Of a stretch of DNA of 64,000 nucleotides, positions 59,077-64,000 are shown in pieces. The notes under the pieces were generated by a model, which was not told where the DNA came from, made no database searches, and worked only from the letters and a program-made list of their open reading frames with translations. The DNA is from Monocercomonoides exilis PA203. Lineage: Eukaryota > Protista > Preaxostyla. The translations under genes and the position numbers were made by a program. The stretch spans positions 496,001 through 560,000 of the forward strand of contig LSRY02000004.1 of NCBI GenBank assembly GCA_001643675.2, written 5' to 3'. The first letter of the stretch is position 1, and every line of letters begins with the position of its first letter.

Positions 59077-60260
59077 CTAATAATAAGGTGTTCGAAGGAA
59101 AAAAAGTTGAAGAAGGCGACAATCACGATAATTATGACTACCACGAAGCAGTAAAAGCAGAATCTGCCTGCTCAGAAGGAGAAGGAGAAGAAGAAGAAGA
59201 AGAAGAAGAAGAAGAAGAAGAAGAAGAAGAAGGTGAGGAGACGGGGGAGGAATAGTGCGATTTCGAAGACAACAGAGAAATCTGTGGGGACTGAGTAAAA
59301 CCAGATTTTCCATCTTTGGCTGCTGAAAGAAGTGTCTGTCTTGTCCTGTCCACGAAATCTGAGCGAGGCTGAGCAGATGGCAGAGGATGAGAGAATGCTG
59401 CACAAATGAGGAAAATGGTAGATTGGAGATGAACATAAAAGCTGAGCTCGATTGCTGCATGTTTCCTGCTGTTTCCAGAGTGATTCCGCAAACACACTCG
59501 GCGATGAGCTTCTTGTTGCATTGTGATCGATTCCTATATGCTCCACATCCAGTTAGCCAGAAGATACGCTAAACAGAGTAGTTGCAGGCGAAGAAAGCGC
59601 ACTTGTCCCAATTACACTCACTGTCTTCCCTCTCCCAACAACAGAAATCATCTTTTCCCCAACAATGATCGTCACCCCTTCGCTCACATGCTTCCCACTC
59701 AGCACTGTGATCGAAGAGCTCAGCTGCGCCATGCTCAACCCCACTGCATGCCCCACTGTCTTGCAAGGTGCTGCCTCACTCATCCCACACAGATTGCTAG
59801 TGTTATTCCCATTCGCTCCAACATACCGATCCTTCATCCCTTCCTTCAGCCATTCCTTCTTTTCTGTATATTGACCATTATAATAACGGCACACCCTCTT
59901 CTCATCACTATTCGTTGTGTACGATTCATAAAAAGGGTTGCTCGATGAAAAGAGATTGTAATTGTCTTGAAAATACACATCGTGGCCATACGGAGTGGAA
60001 GCGTTGCAACTGCAATCGTGGAAGAAGAAGAAATAGCAATAATGATTGTTGCTTGGAGGTGTTGATTGATATGGTCTAAAATCCAATCCTCCGCCATATG
60101 ATAATGCGCTGCATGAATTGAATTGGAGGCTCCTCATTTTGAATGCAACTGGAACATTTTAGCAAAACATCCCTCCGCCAAATCTATTTGTCAGTGAGCA
60201 TGAAGTGAATAAGCGCTGAAATACACACACGCTTTCTCCTTTACTGTTCCAACAAAGATT
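59077..60260 (-). pseudogene. Degraded fragment of a related beta-helix-repeat surface protein gene
   Basis: FGGGMFC*NVP...YGGGL...YGHDVYF...DRYVG.NG....CGMSEAAPCKTVGHAV...SVSSG*LDVEHIGIDH. Two in-frame TAA stops, then a probable frameshift; no TM or tail. Confidence 0.75.
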
Positions 60261-60849
60261 TTCAAATCTAATAATTTCCGGGAAGAAGTCCTTTTTCGCA
60301 ATCTGATTTGTATGTCGAATTAAAAACAATTCTGCGAATTAATCCTCCGAATAATTAATGGATTGTTCTTCCTTTCCTCGTTTTCTTAACGCTTCTTCTT
60401 TCATTGAGTGAAACCCTTCAAATATTGCATATCACCAGTTCTATTCATTTTTTGATAAATACTATCTTTAAGGTTTTGTAGAATTAATTGCCATTCCATT
60501 CGATCTCCAATCCTTTGGCACAAATTTTTTGATTAACATTTTTTTTATTTGAGACCATAACTGTTTAACAATATTTTCAGATAAAAATTTCCATGAATAA
60601 ATATTGTTTATTTTTCTTTTAGTATTCTCATTTTTCTACACATTCGCATTGATAAAAAGGATCATGAAAATTTTTGTTTATGGATTAATTGGTATAAACT
60701 TTGTCTTTCAGGAATAAATTTTTATAAATTCTAATAAACTGGTGTTATCTGTAATAGACTCTTATTATTCGAATTATAATATTTATTTATATAAAAATTT
60801 CTTATTCCGATTCCATCTAATATTTGTGTCTGCCCACAATAAATATTTT

Positions 60850-63800
60850 ATGAATATGAATGTTGCAGAAGCTTTGAAAGGGGCGCTTGGATTAGGTTTT
60901 TTTTATCTTCAATTAGTTTATATTTCATGTTAAATTAGATTCAGAACGGAAAATTCTTTCCTTACAAGCCCTGCAACAAATGAGAGCTTCAAATTTGGTA
61001 ATGATTGTTTTTTCTTGTCCTTAAAATTTTAATCCTAAAAAGCTTTGGTACCTTGAATCTTTAGTTAGTATTTTTGTAGATGAAAAAGAAAATACGTCTT
61101 TTAGAGTGAATGCGGGACTTGAATTTAAGAATACATTATTTTTAAAGGTTTTCATAATTTTCTAAACTATAATAAAAATATTTTCGTTTGTAAAAGGACG
61201 AAAGCAAACAAAAATATGCATCACAAGCATGGATATCATTTCCTGAAGAAAAGAAAGCTTTTATGAAAAAAACTTTTTTTATTCATTTGTCTTCGCAAGA
61301 TATGAATATTGCAAAAATTGCCGCAAGTGCTGTAGCATCTATTGCTTTTACAGAACTTCCGCAAATGTCCTGGCCTTCTCTTTTTACAGACATTTTTCAG
61401 AAAATGGGAGAAATGCCATCTTTAAATAAAATTCCATTTTTGAATTGTATTCGACAAATCTGTGAAGACATTGAATCAAGCACTACTTCAGTATATGGCA
61501 ATGTTATTGCAAGCGGCATACATGATTGCCTTCAATTGGGGAAAAATTCTGTAGAAGTGATTATTGAAGGGATCAAAACATTGAACTCTGCAAGTTCTTG
61601 TTTATCTCTTCAAATGAAGGATCCTGCGATTGTTACTCAATTACTTCTTCCGATAATCAATATGTGTGGCCCAACGATTGATTCTTCTTTTGGCGAACCC
61701 ATTACAGTTCCGTATGATGTAAGAAAAGAATGCTGGAACTGTATTGCTTCATTTTCAGTGAAGTATTATATTTGTATCTATCCCTTTATGAGTAACATTT
61801 TTAATGTTACGATAAAGACAATTGACGAATGGATTCATTGGATAGACGCAAAAAGCAAATATCCAGCAGTAGATCGAGGAAGCGGTTCATTGAGAACTTT
61901 AAGCGAGGCGCATTCCGATGCAAATGAAAGGAGCAATTATATTTCCGATGTTAATACACAAAATGAAGAGATTAATGAAATCGCAAGAAGTGCATTGAAC
62001 TACTGGGCGGCAATATGTACAACAGAAACGGAGTTGCTGTCTGAAGGAGAAACGAAAAGTCGGCTTATGAATGCTGTTCAGACAGCCGCACAAGGAATAT
62101 CAGAATCAGAGGCAGGATATTTGAAAGCCTGCGAAAAAATAGCACCAGAAATACTTCCAAAATTGATTATCATTTTGAAGGAGAAGCCAATCTGCAGAAT
62201 AGAAAAGATCTGGAATTCTTCTTTAACGACTGATGGAAGCGAAAAAAGCGGAGATGATTGGGAGGAAAAAGTTGATGGTATTTTTGATTATGATGATGAA
62301 AATCTTATTGCCAATGATGTAATCCATTTACTCACTGCATTCAGCGAAAAATTGGGGTCAGATCTTTTGAAGAGCGCACTTCCACTCATTCAATCTGGTT
62401 TTGGCTCGAGTGAGCATTGCTTGAAAGGAGCAGCACTGGATCTGTTTGCATGTGTGTTGGAAGGAAGCCCAGAGGAAAGTGTTGCGTTGATCATTCCAAA
62501 TGTTGTTTCTTCTCTTCAATCGTTCCTTCTTCCGCCAAGCGCAGTTCCTCAATCTGTGCTCAATCCATATGCAATGACTTCTCACATGACCCCCTCACCT
62601 CCTCACGTCATACCTAATCCAAATCCTTTCCCAACACCTCAGTATCCTCATGCCCCTCTCTCTTTGCGTCTGACAGCAGCCCACACGCTCAGCATCCTCT
62701 GCAATCAAACATATCAATCAATTTATGAGAAGGACACACTGCAAGCCATCTCACTGTGCATTGCATCCATCTTGCAGGATATTCCAGAAATAGCCTTTTT
62801 AGGAACAGTTGCTGCTTACAATCTTTCGAGCCATGTTTCATTAGCTTCGGAAAATTCTGATACAACAAACTCTGCAAAAAGCAAATCAACAGAAAGTTCA
62901 GCATCTGAGCAGCTTTTATCTGTAACTTCTCAAAAAATGAAAAATAAAGCGAAGATGCACAGCGAAGAAGATGAGTCTGAAGAAGACGAAGAAGACGAAG
63001 ACGAAGACGACAATGACGATGACGATGAATCCTCTTTACCAAATTCTCTTCTTTCTCCCGTCTTTCAGTTTCTATACAACCATTTAATATCGACCTCGCT
63101 CCGAAATGATGGGGAACATGTCAGGTTGTCAGCCTCAAGTATTTCAGCAGCATGTACGTTGTGCCAACACAGCCCTTCAGATCAAGAGACTTTTTTGCTT
63201 CAGCAGATGCCAAACATCATTCAAGTTATATCACGAAAGTATCCATCTGAAGCAATTGCTTCAGCTCAGTTAGGTTTGAGCTCTTCTCTGCAGCCATGTG
63301 CAGACGCCTCTGGTGATGCAGACACTCAATCATTGTTGCTGCTGATGGGAGGCTGTTTCACTTCAGATAAAGTTGCTACAAATGGGATGTTTCTGCGCTC
63401 AAAAGCAATGCTTCAATCGCTGGAATATAAGCATCTTCTTATTACGCTTGTGAACATATTGATAACCATATTGGAAGATAAGTGTAATTCTTTCATTGTG
63501 CCATATCTCAAGGCAATCAACGATCTTTCTTGTGCAACGCAATTGGTTGAGAACAAAAACAAAGAATGGACACTTATTTCTGAAACTGGAAGTCAGCCAA
63601 ATGACATTCCACCTCCAATTACAGCCTCATTGAAAGAACACCTCACGCCTTGTGCTGCACACCAACTGGTAACATCTGATGAATGGGATCTGCTAAAGAC
63701 TTCTCTTGTATTATCGTTGCAACATTCATTCTTCAGGCGTCCAGAAGGCGCACAGACTTACTTTCTTCATTTCGCAAACAGCTTGATCGTCCCTGCTTTG

Positions 63801-64000
63801 GCCAAATCACACGATGAAGAGTTATTCTCAGCTGCTTGTCAAGCAGTTGGGTTTTCAGCGTATGTTTTTTCATCCCTCTCAACATCCGAACCTTCTTCGT
63901 TTGCACTTTTTTCTTCGCTCCTTTCTGCATTTCTTTCTGCAACCTCGTGTTCGTTTGTGGATTCTCCTCCTGGTTCGCGCAGTGCTGTTTGGAATGCTGT
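60850..64000 (+). CDS. KPNB1: Importin beta-1 (karyopherin beta)-like HEAT-repeat protein, spliced, 3'-truncated by the window
   Basis: Manual splicing of three short introns gives MNMNVAEALKGALGLD...RVNAGLEFKNTLFLKD....YASQAW...AASAVASIAFTELPQMSWPSL, matching importin-beta N-terminal motifs (R..AGL..KN.L, E(I/L)P...WP.L). The long last exon appears open to the window end, which would explain its absence from the ORF track. Confidence 0.75.

Noticed and set aside
50951-60165. TAA/TAG-to-Gln reassignment (known in some oxymonads) as the explanation for in-frame stops
   Set aside because: Multi-kilobase genes here contain no internal TAR codons, and AP-1 mu, UBR and the CaaX kinase end at TAA exactly where expected.

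Overview
Eukaryotic protist DNA: gene-dense, AT-rich intergenic sequence, short GT-AG introns, standard code (confident genes end in TAA or TGA). The poly-Ser/Glu-expanded proteins and the giant receptor family recall the oxymonad Monocercomonoides; this is from recall, not a search. Positions 1-33.3 kb hold housekeeping genes: the 3' end of a UBR1/PRT6-type E3 ligase, an orphan ORF, a TTBK/CK1-family kinase ending in CaaX, AP-1 mu, PWP1, a 3.6k-aa BRCA2, a GBF1/BIG-type Sec7 ARF-GEF and a transcriptional cyclin. An importin-beta runs off the right end. Between them (34-60 kb) lies an island of giant beta-helix-repeat, single-TM, pseudokinase-tailed genes. The key structure is a ~6.1 kb palindrome. 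Two convergent receptor genes with divergent ectodomains share an apparently identical 2,067-bp inverted arm (41765-43831 / 45811-47877) carrying the stalk, TM, whole cytoplasmic tail and 3' flank. The arms enclose a decayed DD35D pogo/Fot1-type transposase, and its putative TIRs form their inner ends. The second receptor gene is one ~4,047-codon frame broken by a single in-frame TAG.
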